Positions 50,501 to 64,000 of a DNA stretch of 64,000 bases are shown here, one piece after another. This DNA comes from Oculina patagonica (lineage: Eukaryota): contig NC_135759.1 of the NCBI RefSeq assembly GCF_052425735.1, forward strand, positions 45,942,001 through 46,006,000, given 5' to 3'. The notes under the pieces were generated by a model. The model did no database searches. It was not told the DNA's origin and saw nothing but the letters and a program-made list of their open reading frames with translations. A program made the translations under genes and the position numbers. The stretch's first letter is position 1. Every line of letters begins with the position of its first letter.

Positions 50501-53500
50501 TCTCCTTTCATAAGGGGTTAATTCCCATAAATGTGCTTCAAAATTGCTCCCTTGATGCAAAAAGGCAAAGTCTGCATGCAAGCCTACTTGCCCATCAGGC
50601 CAAAGCATATCAGGTTTAACCTCCCCACTCCCCCCACATACATGTAATGACACTGTTCTGGGCTCACATCTGAACAGCTCGATTCAGAGTCTGACCATTA
50701 GGTCACCTTCACCTGTCCCCTGGCGCCAAGTTGGCGCATAGGGCCTCACCGCACTGCACCTTAATCAATACAACTACCCCATTACTATGACAACATTTTT
50801 ATTTATGGTACAGGTTTGACTGTATTTGTTGTCGGCTTCGCAGTTCGTGTATACTCTTTAAATAAATACACATATAATGGTTGCAAGGGTCCTGTGTGAC
50901 CTCATAATTATCCCCTTGTTACAAAAAGGCAAGGTCTGCATGCAAGTCTAGTTGCCCATCAAGCAAGCTTATCCTGGCTAAGTAGGATTAAGCAACCAGG
51001 AGTATTTCTACTTCCCCCCTGGATGAGATGCAAGTATAGGTTCATCAAAGGCACCATGAGAGTAGTCTTGCCCAAGAACAAGCACAATGACACCAGTAAG
51101 AGTTCACACCTGAACTGCTTGATCCGGAGTCCGAGAACTTACACTTAGGCCACTGCACCTCAATCAATACAACATTTGTATTTATGGTACAGATTTGACT
51201 GTACATGTGTTAGAGAAATTATGATGGATCAGCAGCTCAGGAGTTCTCTGGCACATTTACGTGATTTATTGTTGGCTACTACATTCTCAAATTATGAACA
51301 AAAAGAGCATGCCAAAAAATAAATATATTGCAAACTCAAAATAAAGTGTAGCTAGGATATCAACAGTGCTCTGTTGCACACAGCATAAGTGATTGGCACA
51401 GGTCGTAATTATAGCTCATGGCCCCTGTTGTACTTAAATATAAAAAAGATTTACTGAGTATATACATGCTATCTGGATTTTATTTTATTTAATACTATAT
51501 ATTCTAAGTGCACAATGAAGTACAGTCCTACTGTAGTGTTTTACATTGCATGCCAGAAATAAACAAGTGACCAACACTGAATACGTGCTGGTGAGTTGAC
51601 TGCAGAGTATACAGAGGACTACAATGGAAACATTCTCACAGTAAAAAGATATTGCTAAGCTTTGCATCCTTCTGTATGTACTTTCACATAATGTACCGCC
51701 TCGTGCGAATTTATTTAAGTTTATTTGTACAATAGAGGATATAATTCAGAAACATACAGGCCGATTTGCCCGAAAATTACCTTTTTTGACATGAAGTAGT
51801 TACATTTAATTTAAAAATGACTATTCTAGAACACAAGTGCTTGAGCAACAGAAGTAAATTACGCCACTCACCCAATGTTTTGCTTCTAAGAAGTAGCGAA
51901 TACAGTAAACTCACTGTAGATAATTCGAAGCGTTCTATTCTATTCACTTCCCTTGGATAGTTGAAGAAGTTTACCCCACAATGGTTGCAGGGAGAAATAT
52001 CTATAAAGCATTTCCAAGAGTACAAGTTTCCCTCAAAGTTATCAGACGATCTATGATATTCATCTTGCGTGGTTCGGGCGAGTTAAGATATCACGAAATT
52101 CCGCCTCTTGAGTTGTTTTCTGCCACTATGTTGTGCAAAAGTGACCTGGAGATGCCTTGAAGTATGTTTAAAAAACATTTGCGCAGTAGATACGGCTTCT
52201 ACATCACTACAGATTAAAAAGAAAACCAATGTTTTTCCAGATCGGTCACTCCAGCCTTCGAAGCAGTCATTTTGTTGATGCGCATATGACGTCAGCATGC
52301 TCTCGCCCCAACTAGTTCCAGATCTCTATTTGGTCCTCGGACATTTTTGAATCTAGTAATGGCGGCAAGCCAAAGCCGAAGTTTACGCGTGAAATAAGTG
52401 GTCTTCCAATTCGAATTTGAACTTAAAATTTGGCAAGGTTACTATTTAATGTAAGTACTTTCAAAAACCGAAGAGAAAAGGGAAGGTAAAATTTTGATCA
52501 TAGTACCACTTTAATGCACCCAAGAATTACTTCTCTCTTGCGAGACAAGAATTACTGTACATGTACATCTTGCGTGATGAGATTGTGGCATCGAGCTACA
52601 CTGCGAGAAATTTTACAAGATAGTTGCTTGGACTTTATTCCAAATATTGTCAAACACAATTTTCAAATCAAGAGTTGTGATTCTCATATCGCAAGATGAG
52701 AAACTCGTCTTGTGAGAAATGAGACAAGAGTTGATAGCTTACTTTTGAGTGACAGCGGTGCTGTAAATGTAGTTGTTCTGCTATAAGTTTTGTTCTGATA
52801 AACACAGAAGCTTTAGTACAATGTACATACCTTGCTTGGGAAGTGGATAGTCAACCTTAAAGATCTCTTCGTAGTATTCCAGTACCTTTACCCCAACATC
52901 CAAAGCAAATCGTCCTTGTTCAATTTGTTCTGGAGGTGCCCAAACACTGACCTGTATGTTACACAAGCAACACAAGCATTTATTTATAATTATTATTATT
53001 ATTATCATTATTATTATTATTTATTTATTTACATGTATGTGTACAGACAGTGGAGTCCTGATACCAAATTGACAGTACATGTAAATCAGCGATGACAGGA
53101 TTATCACCTGGAGGCTACCAATTAAAGCAATTAGGGAAAAGAAGCCGAAAAACTTAATCAGAGCTTCAACAGAAACCAGAATTTTTTCAGCTTTCTTTTC
53201 CCAATTGCTTGGTAGGCTCTTGGTGAGGCTTGTGCAAATGCTCGTTTCTCTCTAAACGTGCCAACTGTCAGTACAGTGTACTTGTAAAAAGTAAAGTAAA
53301 AGTATTATGAATGCATCTCCCTAGTCCCTCAGCACTTCAGTCTTCATTAAATCATAGTATCATTATTGTTATAATACAAGGGGTACACATGTACAGTCAT
53401 CAACATGAACCATTGGTCGACCACATGTCTTAAAACTACAAAAGGGCTTTATTTCAAAAAGTTGGTTGGAATAATGATGATGTTCTAAAGAGCAAGGAAA

Positions 53501-56500
53501 ATGGAAGAGATTAAATTATGGTAGAAGGCTCATCATTCCCTTGCTATTGAATTACGTACATGTATAAATTTTGTTTATTATGATTTCAGGTTAACTTTCA
53601 ATTAACAGCATAACTTTTCTGCACTGGTACTGTGTATTTACTACTTACCTTAACACCTCTGGCAGTTTGCTTTGATATGCTCGCAAAGTCAGAAATAACA
53701 AATGCCACAAGATAGGTGCTCATGTCAACACTCCGTTGAAAGTGGTCAGTGCACAGCTCTGAAGCATCACCACACTGAAATAAAACAAAACAAACATGAG
53801 AAACAAACACTAACACTTGATGTAAATGCAATAATAACAACAATAACATTATATAAATGAAAAGAGTGCATGTACACAGTACATGTAGGCAGAAAAAAAA
53901 ACTTAAACTTCATGCAAGTGAAAAACTCTTACCCCATCAGTGCGGTTCAGTGGCATGTTGGCTAATGCTACATGATGTTTCTTTCGAACAATGACAATGG
54001 AAAACATTGCTTTCATGTTAGGTTCATCAAAACAAGGAAAGGCATTTCTGGCATCCGTCGGTTCAAAATGGGTTGTTGCAAGATATCTAAGAAAGCAAAC
54101 AACAGGACACGGAATTACAAAGTATGCAAAAATAATGTTGTTCCAAAAGAAATTAACTAATTAAATTACTGATTACTTAGAAATATGGCATAAAGTCTAC
54201 AACAAAAATTGATCCTGCTGTTTCCGGTACCCCAATAGTTGTGGGCGGTCTGGACTTCAAATGTTTCATGCCTTTACTTTTGGTTCCTGTCCCTTCTTTC
54301 ACATGTACAGTATGGTTTCTAACCCTTGGAGCTTCTTTGTAAAATATTGGGGAAAGTACATTTCTCCCAGTTTCTCCTAGTACCCATCACCAGCTGGTGC
54401 CATAGTCTTTTTTGGAAATACTGAATGTCTCATAAGATATTAAAATGTAGAACTTTCATACTAGTCCGTTGCCAATTGTTACACAACTGAAGATGTACAG
54501 GGTATAAACATTGTAAAAGAACTGTGCCTTTGAAGTAAAGGGCTTACATGTAAGTGGGTATACATGTACTGGAAACAAAATAAACACATGTATATTGAAG
54601 TATGCCGTATGTGATCTAATGAACGCCCACTCTCAATTTAACGCCTTGTATCTAATAAATGCCCCCCCTGAGGTGTAAAGTTTGTATTAGATGCTCCCCT
54701 CTTATAAATGCCCAGTGTCTAATAGATACTCCCCCCCCCACCCCCCTATCAAGAATAGCCTCTAGACGTATTTGCCAGCCACATTTTTTTCATTTTTGTT
54801 TTTCTTGTCAAACTCCTTTAAATTTAAAAGGCCGCTTTTATACGGCCGCCTTGCTACACTCTTTTTACTGTTATATCCGCTGGTGAGCGGAGTTGCAAAA
54901 AATGTTTACAGCTGTTGGACCAATTAACCAACCCAACCAACCATGTGAGTGCGACTGGGCTAGACACTTTACTTCCTGAATTAAAAATTCAGTTGTAAAA
55001 AGGGTGTCTAATTTCAAATGTTTAGTTCCTTTTCACCAAAATACAAAATCAAGCAAATTAATCATATTTGCATAGGGGCGGGAGATGTTAAAATAATTTG
55101 CATAAATTAGAAACATACTAGCTCTTGGCAGTCAAGGTTGATCCTTGTCAGTAACTTGGCTTTAATAAAATTATTATATATCGCAATGTTTTGAATGACA
55201 ATATTACGCACATCGCTTCTTTTTGGTAAAACACAAATTAACTATTGAAAAACCCGGATTTATCCGGAAACATTTTATTCGAAATTAAAAAAAATGCTGT
55301 AATTTTGTCAATTTTTCGTGTGATCTCTTGATGATCGGGATAAAATTAAATTTAGCAATTGCTTCCTTCGTGCTGTCGACGTTAAGTTCCTTGTTTGTAC
55401 ATTTGATCTCTCCAATAAAAATGGCAAATAAAGGTGATTTGTCAAGAAAAACCCAATGCATTAGATGACAAAAATACTCTAAGGAATCCACACCTTTCCT
55501 CGAAAATATAAGCTTTAAGGGTTAATTTACACAGAGATTTTGTAATGGCGAGCTAGCTATCACTGAAAAGGCAAATTAATTGAACAAGAAGAAACAAGAA
55601 AGGCCTCCCCGTTTCTGTGCAAACATCAATTGCAAAGGCTTTATTTTCCGTACTGCAAAATCTACGGTATACAAAAGCACTCACTACAAATAAATTCCTT
55701 TTAAATAAAGAATTTTCCACCGTGCACTTATCGTGTGTCTAAACAAAGACTACGCTATCATACAGCAGATGAGAACACCGGTAGTCAACAAAAAAGCCCT
55801 AGCGAAAATAAAGTATAAGAATGAGCGAAAAACCTTACCTTGTTTCACCTGATGGTGATTTATATGTGCTCAAATAGAATCCAGAAAGTCCTCTACTTAA
55901 CACGGAGTTGAACTCGATCACAAGAAAGTAGTATTTTCCACTTTGAAGTTCACTGCCGAGCGAGATGGAAATCATTTCTCCTGGTAGTCGAGAGATCCCC
56001 GTCACTTCCAATGGAACTATACTGTCTATGTCACTTCTATCTTCAATTTCTCCTACTGCTACGTTGAAATAATTGATTTTCTTTCCAACATGGAGTGTAA
56101 TATTATTGGCGGCTTCATTGCAGTAGAGGAGAGCGTCAACCTTCCCCGAGAAATTAAACGTTGTCAGATTAGGATGTAAATATACAAGATATTCGATCGG
56201 TGATATGTGTCTCGGTAGCCTTAATGAGTGAGATTCCTTATGATTCGCTTCTTTTTTGGCTACAGAAACATCTCTAGCCTGTTGAAAATCATGACGAGAA
56301 TTCTTCTTGCTGTTACTGTTTACAGTTTCATAAGATGAAGATGGCCGAGCGAAGACGACGAGAAGCAACACAGACAGCAACAGCAGAGCCGTTACGACCC
56401 CATAAATGGCCGTCTTCCCGCCGAACATTTCCCTCAGTTTAAGCACAAAGTTCGGGCCGCGGAATCTTTTCGTTCGATGGTGTTTCTTGTCGGGAAGAAG

Positions 56501-56569
56501 TGAAATATTGATGTGGTCTTCAAATTCCACGCTTGAGGAGTCAGATTCTTCCCGATGATCTGATTCCAT
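38596..56569 (-). CDS. M1 zinc aminopeptidase paralog 2, type II membrane protein, ~18 exon positions with a duplicated catalytic exon
   Basis: Exon 1 56569-55839 (acidic cytosolic tail, [31 protein letters not shown]). Then [28 protein letters not shown]+HELAH exon in two copies, [21 protein letters not shown]; last exon 38802-38596. Confidence 0.92.
45082..45236 (-). CDS. Alternative catalytic exon B of aminopeptidase 2 (DFPTGAMEN...HELAHQ), 155 nt
   Basis: Intact CAG acceptor and GT donor; phase 1 to phase 0. Confidence 0.85.
45631..45894 (-). mobile_element. tRNA-derived SINE with V-SINE-like central domain, well preserved
   Basis: A box TGGCGCAGTGG, B box GGTTCGATTTC, core TTTCTCCGGGTTCTCCGGTTTTCCTCC, AT-rich tail. 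Confidence 0.85.
46818..47932. repeat. Identical 142-bp direct repeat (46818-46959 = 47791-47932)
   Basis: Directly visible; each copy starts with CAAGCCCTG. Confidence 0.85.
48681..48835 (-). CDS. Alternative catalytic exon A of aminopeptidase 2 (DFAAGAMEN...HELAHQ), 155 nt
   Basis: Intact TAG acceptor and GT donor; phase 1 to phase 0. Confidence 0.85.
48945..52510. mobile_element. Non-autonomous Kolobok-like DNA transposon (~3.57 kb)
   Basis: TTAA on both sides (48941-44, 52511-14). TIR AGTGCTACTATGACCAAAATTTT vs AGTGGTACTATGATCAAAATTTT. Subterminal inverted motif TGACGTCATATGCGCATC at 49171 and 52277. No transposase ORF recognised. Confidence 0.75.
50555..51165 (-). mobile_element. Two decayed copies of a second tRNA-derived SINE family, nested in the Kolobok-like element
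   Basis: Shared aaaaggcaa(a/g)gtctgcatgcaag..gcccatca and cactgcacct..aatcaataca segments; CORE-like gttcttgggcaagac. Confidence 0.55.
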
Positions 56570-59500
56570 ATTCCGGAATGGATATTTGCATATTGAACAA
56601 ATGAGTTGACAGCCGGCGCACGCAGCTGCATCCGAATCTTGTTAGCGCGTGACGTGATCTGTGATCCCGCGTGAAAACTCAACAACGAACCAGAAACCGT
56701 AGAAATAATTTTTTTTCGGTGGCAAAATAATAACATTTTAAAAGGCAAGTTTAAAACGGAGTCTAACTTTCAAAAAATTATTAACCATTTAATAGAATAC
56801 AACAAAGATGGATGAACAGAATATTATTTACATTTGTAATTTTTTTTTCGTCGCGTGGGTGATATTGTTATCAACCCATGGCCCAGCAGAGGGCTTTATA
56901 TTTTTTTTTTTATTTCCTCTGTAATCTTAAAGCTTTAAAGACAGTATCTATTCGCTTTTTTTCGATCGACATACAAGAAAAAAATTGATTTATATTTTCG
57001 TTGTTGAGTCCGGTCTCGTTCGCCCACGCGCATTTGCGTAGATTGAAATCAGCCGTGTCGAATGACGGCAGAACAGATCAAGATTACGGAAAAAAAGAAC
57101 TGAAAGATAATATTTCTTTTGAGGAAGTTGCTCGTTAAGTGAGTTATATTTGTCCTATTGCTGTTAGATTATATCAGGTATTTGGCAGCTATATTTTAAA
57201 CTTGAAAACAGAGAGGTATTTCGCAAGCTTGACAACCACAATGACCAAGAGGCATTCGTGTATATTTTCTTTAACTTTAAAACCTCTATTTACCTTAGAA
57301 AAAATAACAAAAGAGTGTTTTCAATCTTAAACTTACGAGTATTTTAAGTGTGTTAAATGCCGGCTGTGACAATTTCTTTTGAAAACATTGTTCAAATATT
57401 CCAAGCCGGTGCTCGCGTTATCAAGGAAAATATGTATAGTTATGCAACGCTTTGGTGGTTTATTTTGGTTTCGTTTTTTTTTTTTCGGTCCGGGCTTTGG
57501 GGGGGGTGTATAAAAAAAAAAAAATGGAAAGGGGATTAATTAAGAGGAAGTTTTATTTTTTTATAAAAAAAAATTTTAAAAAAGCGGGGAGGGGGGGGGG
57601 GGGGGGAAAAAAAAAAAACCTTTTTTTATTTGGAACAATTTATTATTGAAAAGCCAGTAAGTTATCTGTAATCTGTATGCTACATTTACAGCACTTTCTC
57701 ACCCTTGATTATCACCATAAAAGAATATGAATAAGGACGTGCATGGAAAATAAAGTGAAGATGTTTTGAACTGAAACTGGTAAAGACGAGGGTCCTCGGA
57801 ACAATATGTCAGTCAAATAGGTCATAATAATTATTAATAGCGTCAGATGGGAGAAATATTTTCAAATATTGTTTCATTCTATCTCGTGCGAAATAGTGTA
57901 GCACCAGAAGTACATAATCTGGAAGCAGCCATTATTGTGGCATCAAAAAAAGCAGACGATTTTAAATATGTCCCCATTCCCAAGTAAACCTGGCAGCAGT
58001 GAATATTAAAAATAAACATAAGAACAGATGGAGGGCAGTTTCTCAAATTTCCAAGCTATAAGTTGGGCTTCAATATTATCAAAGGTTTTTTTAGTTCATT
58101 CAATATCAGCGAACCCTTAGTATCCCTGGTGTTAAAGTTTTCCTCTTGAATTGGCCTTGATGCTAATCCTAGCCAGCCTTGGCTATTTTTTATGTATTTA
58201 TTTTTTACTTTAAATTGCAGTCTTGTTTAAGCTTTGTGTCAATTACTAAATGTAAGGGTAAGTAAGCGGTTTCCATAGAAGCTGAGGAGATTTCTTAAAA
58301 AGCAAAGGAATATCTCACACAAACAATGGGTTACCTTTTGGTGAAATTAAATTTTTCGGTGACGCATTTTTTTGCTCTTATCAACTTAATATCCCCTTTT
58401 ACAATTCTTCTGACGTCACCGCCGCTTGTAGGCGGCAATTTAAGGTCTTTATTCGGATAACAAGTTTATATATGGGAAATGTGGCAGGAATACATATATC
58501 TCTCTAGCCGCTAAGTGGTTTATTTGCGGTGACGCTTCCGAACATTCGAATATTGAACTGTATATCTGTGTGCTTTAATGAAAAGTCATTTCATGACATT
58601 GTACAATGGCCACGACTTTCCCCGCGCCAAACTTTGGACCATCCTCGGTCTAAAAACCTGCATGGAAACTTACCAGCGATCAAGACAGAAAGAACCTTAA
58701 AACGATATAGTGCAGGGAAACAATAGCTCCAAAATATTAAAAAAAAACTCACATTTTTTTCACTGAGGTACTCCCCCCTCCCCCCCCCCCCCCCCCTTCA
58801 TCTTATGCTGTGGATGTTGCAGGGCCGTAAGTTGAACAGTAATAATGCTAGGATACTGTTGGATTCTTTTTGCGTAATTACTGTTTTCCCAGTGCTATCT
58901 TAATAACGTTTTGCATGCATAGAGAGTACAACGTTCAAGACACATATCTGATCAATAATTATTTTAAGTCAGTTAAAAAATGCTAGAAAAATGCTCTCAG
59001 AAGGCTGGAAAGTCTGGAAATGCTATTTTAGAGACCCCAGATTTGAACATCTCCCTGGCGAGCATGCCCCCGGACCCTCCTAGAAGCTCATAGAAGCTCC
59101 AGCGCTCGTGATGTGCCCCCCCCCCCCCCCCACCCCCACCACCCCCAATACATTTAACCCTGGCACTGTGTTGACGTCCATTTGTATCCTTTTCTAGCCA
59201 CACCATGATGATGCGTTCAGTACATCCCCGCTTTACATCGCACTCACGGAATACACGATACAGCGCTTTTAGTCGAACACAAATAGACGCTCCTAATTCC
59301 CTCCAGGCTCACGCCCATGACTGCTGAAGATCTGTACACGCCACCTACAAATTTAACGATAAACACTATTCCACTCGACACAGTCTTGTTGGTAATCACG
59401 ATCTTTCTCAGTGTTGCTCATCAGCAAGCAACAGATCAGTTATACATACAAGCTACAAGATACGCGGTATTTGTTAACAATGCTGGGGTGATTAAACAAT

Positions 59501-60154
59501 TGGTAACATTTAAATTTGAAAAGCTAAAATTCAATCAGGTATGTTAACGCCCTATCTTTGTCATTCAGCAAACGTTGCTGACTTTATGTGACTCTCGCCA
59601 CACATTCCTAAAGAAATTGCATACTTCTGTTTTTTTTTGTTGTTTTTGTTTTGCCAAGGACTGATAGCGGACAAGAGAAAATTAAAACGAAGGATCTCTC
59701 ACCCCGCTGATTTTCTGCCGCTAGCTGTTGTCAATGGTTTTCATTGTACCGTATCGTATCATTGTCGATCGTCATCATCAATAGATTCTAACGACTTCCT
59801 TCCTGCACGAAATCCTTTTCAAAAAACCTTAAGGGTCCCACTGAAGGTCGTGTTTAATAGTTCCCCAACTCCCTCGCCTTGTGGCGAATCCAGAATTTTT
59901 AAAAGAAGAGAGGGGACTATCAGGGTTTTTATTTCGACCCCGATCACGTTTTGGCAGGCCAATTAGGCCTCCCAAAAGACTCTAAAAGGTTCTAAAAAAA
60001 TTAATTAATATTCTGTTCTTTTGTTTTTTTTTTCTTTTGACTTGTGCATGTAAATTTTTACCGCGTTTTTTAGTTGCTTTTGGATGTAACCTCCGTCGGT
60101 TATAGTAAGAATAAAAATTGGTCGCAGTGAATCAATGCTGAGTTTTTCACGGAA

Positions 60155-60220
60155 TCAAGTCAGTATGGGGCCCAAACACAGGGAGCTACAAGTCAGTATG
60201 GGCCCAAACACAGGGAGCTA
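60155..60220. repeat. ~32-bp tandem duplication (caagtcagtatgggcccaaacacagggagcta)
   Basis: Directly visible. Confidence 0.8.
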
Positions 60221-62448
60221 AGAAAACCACGAAGTCCCCGAGGCAGCGAAATGCCGCAGAACAAAAGGTGTTATTAGCATTTGAGTGGCTCTACGCAAGC
60301 GTTATAAACCTTTGTACATTTTTTTTGTCATCCTCTTCAAAACAAGAAACGTGAAACTGTAAGGCTGATCGAACTGCGTAAAAAACTTAATGCGGCAGAG
60401 ACATTTTGTTCGTTTTCTTCAAAACAACAACGTCAAATGTTCAAATTTTGCGTACTTGAACGTAAACCGCGACGAAAAATTTGTGGTGCTTAATTTTTTT
60501 TGTAATTGAAAACTGTTTATAACATACAAGGCGAGGTACTGGAAACGTGCTTAGCAACAATAGGTGAGAGCTAATGAAGCAAACGGTTATCACTGCCAAC
60601 GAACGTTTCGCATGCTACAGCACGCTTTGCAGTGAAAAGCTTTTGCTTTATTAGCTCTTACCTATTTTTACCACTATTGTTATTATTGTTTAGCTCGTTG
60701 CCAGTACCTCGCTTTGTATTTGTCAAGTTTTTAAAATCTTTCGCTGATTTACTATATTTTGCTGGAGCTACAATTGTAAACCTGATATATACACTGAATT
60801 ATACAATTCTTTGTTTAAATAGGCGTTGTCCTTGACGTCGAGGGATATGAAACCATCTTATAACTACCGATCATACCTTAAGCAAGTGCTAAATTTTCAC
60901 TGATGCACCCCAAAGGGCATCATTATTTTATGTACACACATGGAAAAGTGGCCGGGATATGTTCCAGGGATATGCTGCAGCGACACGTCCACCGTATTAA
61001 CTTGCACAACACCTACATCTAGCTTCCCTTTGAACAACCAGAATGCCTTGGGCAACACAGGAAAGATGTAACAGCGAAATGCAGCAGTCACAAAATCACG
61101 CAATGTTCACACTGAGGCTAAGAAGGGACATATACGGCAGGGGCAAAATTACAATGTGCACACTCTCAAGAAAGTGTAGCGGGGACATGTTCCAGGGGGT
61201 ATGTCACAGCGACACGTCCCTAGTGGTGTGTGGTGCTGACAATCCTAAACTCATGCAACACGAATTTTGCCGCAATTGTACCCCTGCGACATGTTGCACG
61301 GTGTTCAAATTGTTGAACTTGATGGGACATGACGTAGGGAAAAATTTTGCAGGGAAGCGATGTCCACTCGTGTGGACGGTTTTGCAACATGTCCCGAAAC
61401 GGGATTAATAGGGAGCTTAGGCATTGGCACATTTTTGCCACAGCTTTGATATTTCTATCAACAGACACCCAAAAAGCGTTAAATTAACCCAAGAAAACGG
61501 ATATCAGGTTTTTTCGATTTAACTCACTCCATAAGATAACAAAGATAGCAAAGCTTTATTAACAAAACAATTAATGTTCATTTTTTTTACCTGCACGAGC
61601 AATCAGTTGGTTAAAATATCTTGATCATATTATTGAGTGTTGTTAGTGTTTCTACCGCTAAAATGACCAGCTTCAAAGCTGATCGATACACCTAGTTTAG
61701 CCATGATGTATGAATTGTAATACAAACGTTTTGTGTGTTGCCTCATAACAGCCAGGAGGCTCACTGTGCCACAGGTTGTCAGTAATTGGTAAAAGGCCCA
61801 TTTTTACTGAAACAGGCTGGCCTATGAGTGGACTCATAGATATTGTACCGTTTACGTACTCTTTAGAAAAACCTATTCATGTCTATTACTTAACTTGTAA
61901 GTACATACTTTCAGTTTTACATACAAAAAATTCACTACGAGGAAATTTAAATTCAAATGGGCTTATCAGTTTTTGTAATTCCAGTTCAATCTTAAAACAA
62001 CGACAACTGCGACGTTTAAAGGCCACAGTGAAATGTCGTAAAATTATCTTTGAAGTGGAATTAAAAACAATGAACCAAGAAAAGACGTCAACTGCGCGGT
62101 TTTCATTAGACTCTAAAGAAAACCTTTACTAAATAAACAAACCTAAATAGTCAGAATTCGAGAATCCAAGATGGCGAAATTTTAACAATGTATGACGTCA
62201 TTCTGAAATGATATGACGTTACCAAATGGCACGTGATTGCCACTGAAATAAACATTTTTGATTGATTTACACGCCAGGCTCAGGAAAGAAAAAAAAACCA
62301 GGCTCAATCGGGTAAAGGGAGCCAGTGTCGGCATCTGAATAAGGCAAATTTTGTTTTGAAGTGAATAAAATCCTACGACATCATTTGCCAATCTTTCGTC
62401 ACGTTGACACACAATTTACAGCAGTATTCTTTAGTCACCATTATACCA

Positions 62449-63813
62449 CTAGCTTTTCTTGTTGTCAAGGAAGTGTTTCAACCAAGTATACACTATGATG
62501 CCACTGTTGTTTATCCATTTGATATTGGTGTCTATACTTTCCAGACTTTGCCTTACAGCCCGCTCGCCGGATCCTTGGTCTACCTTGGCAAAAAACTGGC
62601 TCACCTAAAAGCAAAAAGAGATGATTGCTAAACCGAACGCTGAAACAAAAATTTCGCTTCAAACGATATAAGCCAACATAGTAATCGCCATCTTAAACTT
62701 TAACTTTTCAAAAAGCAATAAAATGGTTTAAATGTCGTGTATTTATATTAGGTTGTCACTATCTTACTGTTATCTTCTAACTAGATTGCCGTTATAATAA
62801 ACTAATGCTATCGTACTTGGGTTTTCATTTCCTCCGTGTTGAAGTGAGCGGTGTTGGACTTGATCAAACGACTGAAGTCAAAAGAACCCTTGCCATATCT
62901 GCAGGAAAATAAGAAAGAACCGCAGTTGATGACCCGCAGCTAAATGAAAATTAAGTTTGTAAAGTAGTCAAAGTAGACATGGTGGAGACGCAGTCTAACA
63001 TTTGCTCCGCCCACACGCAGTAACCTAAGGCGTCGCAGGCCCTAGCCTGCTACAGAACAGGCGGTTTACCGGGACAAAAAAAGGAAACGCAAATACGAGC
63101 GCGAAGCGCGTGGGCGAGCGCAGAGTGCGAGACAAAAAATAAACTTACTAATGCTAAATTATTAGCAGGCTAAATAACCCAGGATATTTTGGGAGCGACG
63201 CGGGGAAAGTAAACTGGCGTTGAGGGAACATTTTTGTGCTGTCGTAAAATGCCTTTTATAATGGTAATACGAAGAAACGTCGCACAACGCGACACCAGTA
63301 AGCTGAGGCCTGTATTGAATAGAACTTAATTCTCGCCTACTCGGTGAGACATTAGAGTTTTAATCCGCAGACTTCCACACTATTGATGTAGCCCTACAGA
63401 GATATCTTGTATCTGACTGGTTAGTGCTCGGTTTTTAATTTCTCGAGAAAGTAACAAAAAATCATAGATACCTAACGGTTCCCTATGGAGCTATCTGGTC
63501 AGTTAAAAAATACTGAATCCGGATTACAATTTCTTTAGAATAAAAACAACTTAAAAATGACTGTCATTGTCGGTGTAAGTTATAATATTGTTTCTAATGT
63601 CAATAGATGTTCTTGTTGTGTTAGGCGGGGCGTTTCATAACTTCGGTATCCGCAAATAAAAAATACCATTACCTGTTAAACAGTTTATCGTAGTTATCCT
63701 GTACAAACTTCCATGCTATAAGCCGCCCCTCGGGATTCCTGGCTATTGAATCAATTACAGCTACAGAGTCCTGAGAACGAATCTTGGTCTCGTCCAGTGA
63801 GAATCCAAGAAGC
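62449..63813 (-). CDS. M1 aminopeptidase paralog 3, last three exons (~63813-63673, ~62898-62817, 62604-62449); the rest lies beyond the right edge
   Basis: [50 protein letters not shown] and [20 protein letters not shown] are homologous to the terminal exons of paralog 2. Confidence 0.9.
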
Positions 63814-64000
63814 CTGAAATAAGAAAAGGAATTTCAGATAATCCAAGTAGAACGCGCGTTCTGATTTTCTAACACCTTAGTACATCATAATAGAAATTTA
63901 ATTCTGAACGAGTTGTAGATGAACCATTTCTTTTCGCGATAAAAAAGCGTTCTTGACCATAGCCTTAACTGACCCTACTGCAACCCACCCGCCACCTACC

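Noticed and set aside
49031-52298. Short ORFs inside the Kolobok-like element as a transposase
   Set aside because: No THAP or DDE motifs recognised.
57480-57640. Homopolymer-rich ORFs (also ~10760-10900, ~12860-13020 and ~29020-29110)
   Set aside because: Poly-A/G/T inflation typical of poor-quality reads.

Overview
AT-rich, intron-rich animal genomic DNA. The SINE and MITE repertoire suggests a cnidarian, probably a stony coral (inference). There are two N-gaps and several low-quality patches. From left to right: (1) the 5' coding part of an intron-containing but prokaryote-like class I HMG-CoA reductase (- strand, runs off the left edge); (2) a young 5'-truncated Penelope-like retroelement with an 11-bp TSD and a minimal hammerhead ribozyme; (3) an 11-exon, ~1957-aa RNAi-type RNA-dependent RNA polymerase gene (+); (4) a tandem cluster of three M1 zinc aminopeptidases (-); and many SINEs, MITEs, a TTAA-flanked Kolobok-like element and LINE/LTR remnants. 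The RdRP frame continues by phase-compatible splicing into a long C-terminal extension. By eye this reads as a degenerate non-canonical poly(A)/uridylyl-transferase domain, a KH-like domain and a Cet1/CYTH triphosphate-tunnel-like domain, making it the best candidate for an undescribed system. The second aminopeptidase carries two alternative, purifying-selected copies of its 155-nt catalytic (GAMEN+HELAH) exon, which must be mutually exclusive. The first aminopeptidase has an unusual GAEEN motif. All gene models were spliced by hand and all domain calls are by-eye motif recognition, not database searches.
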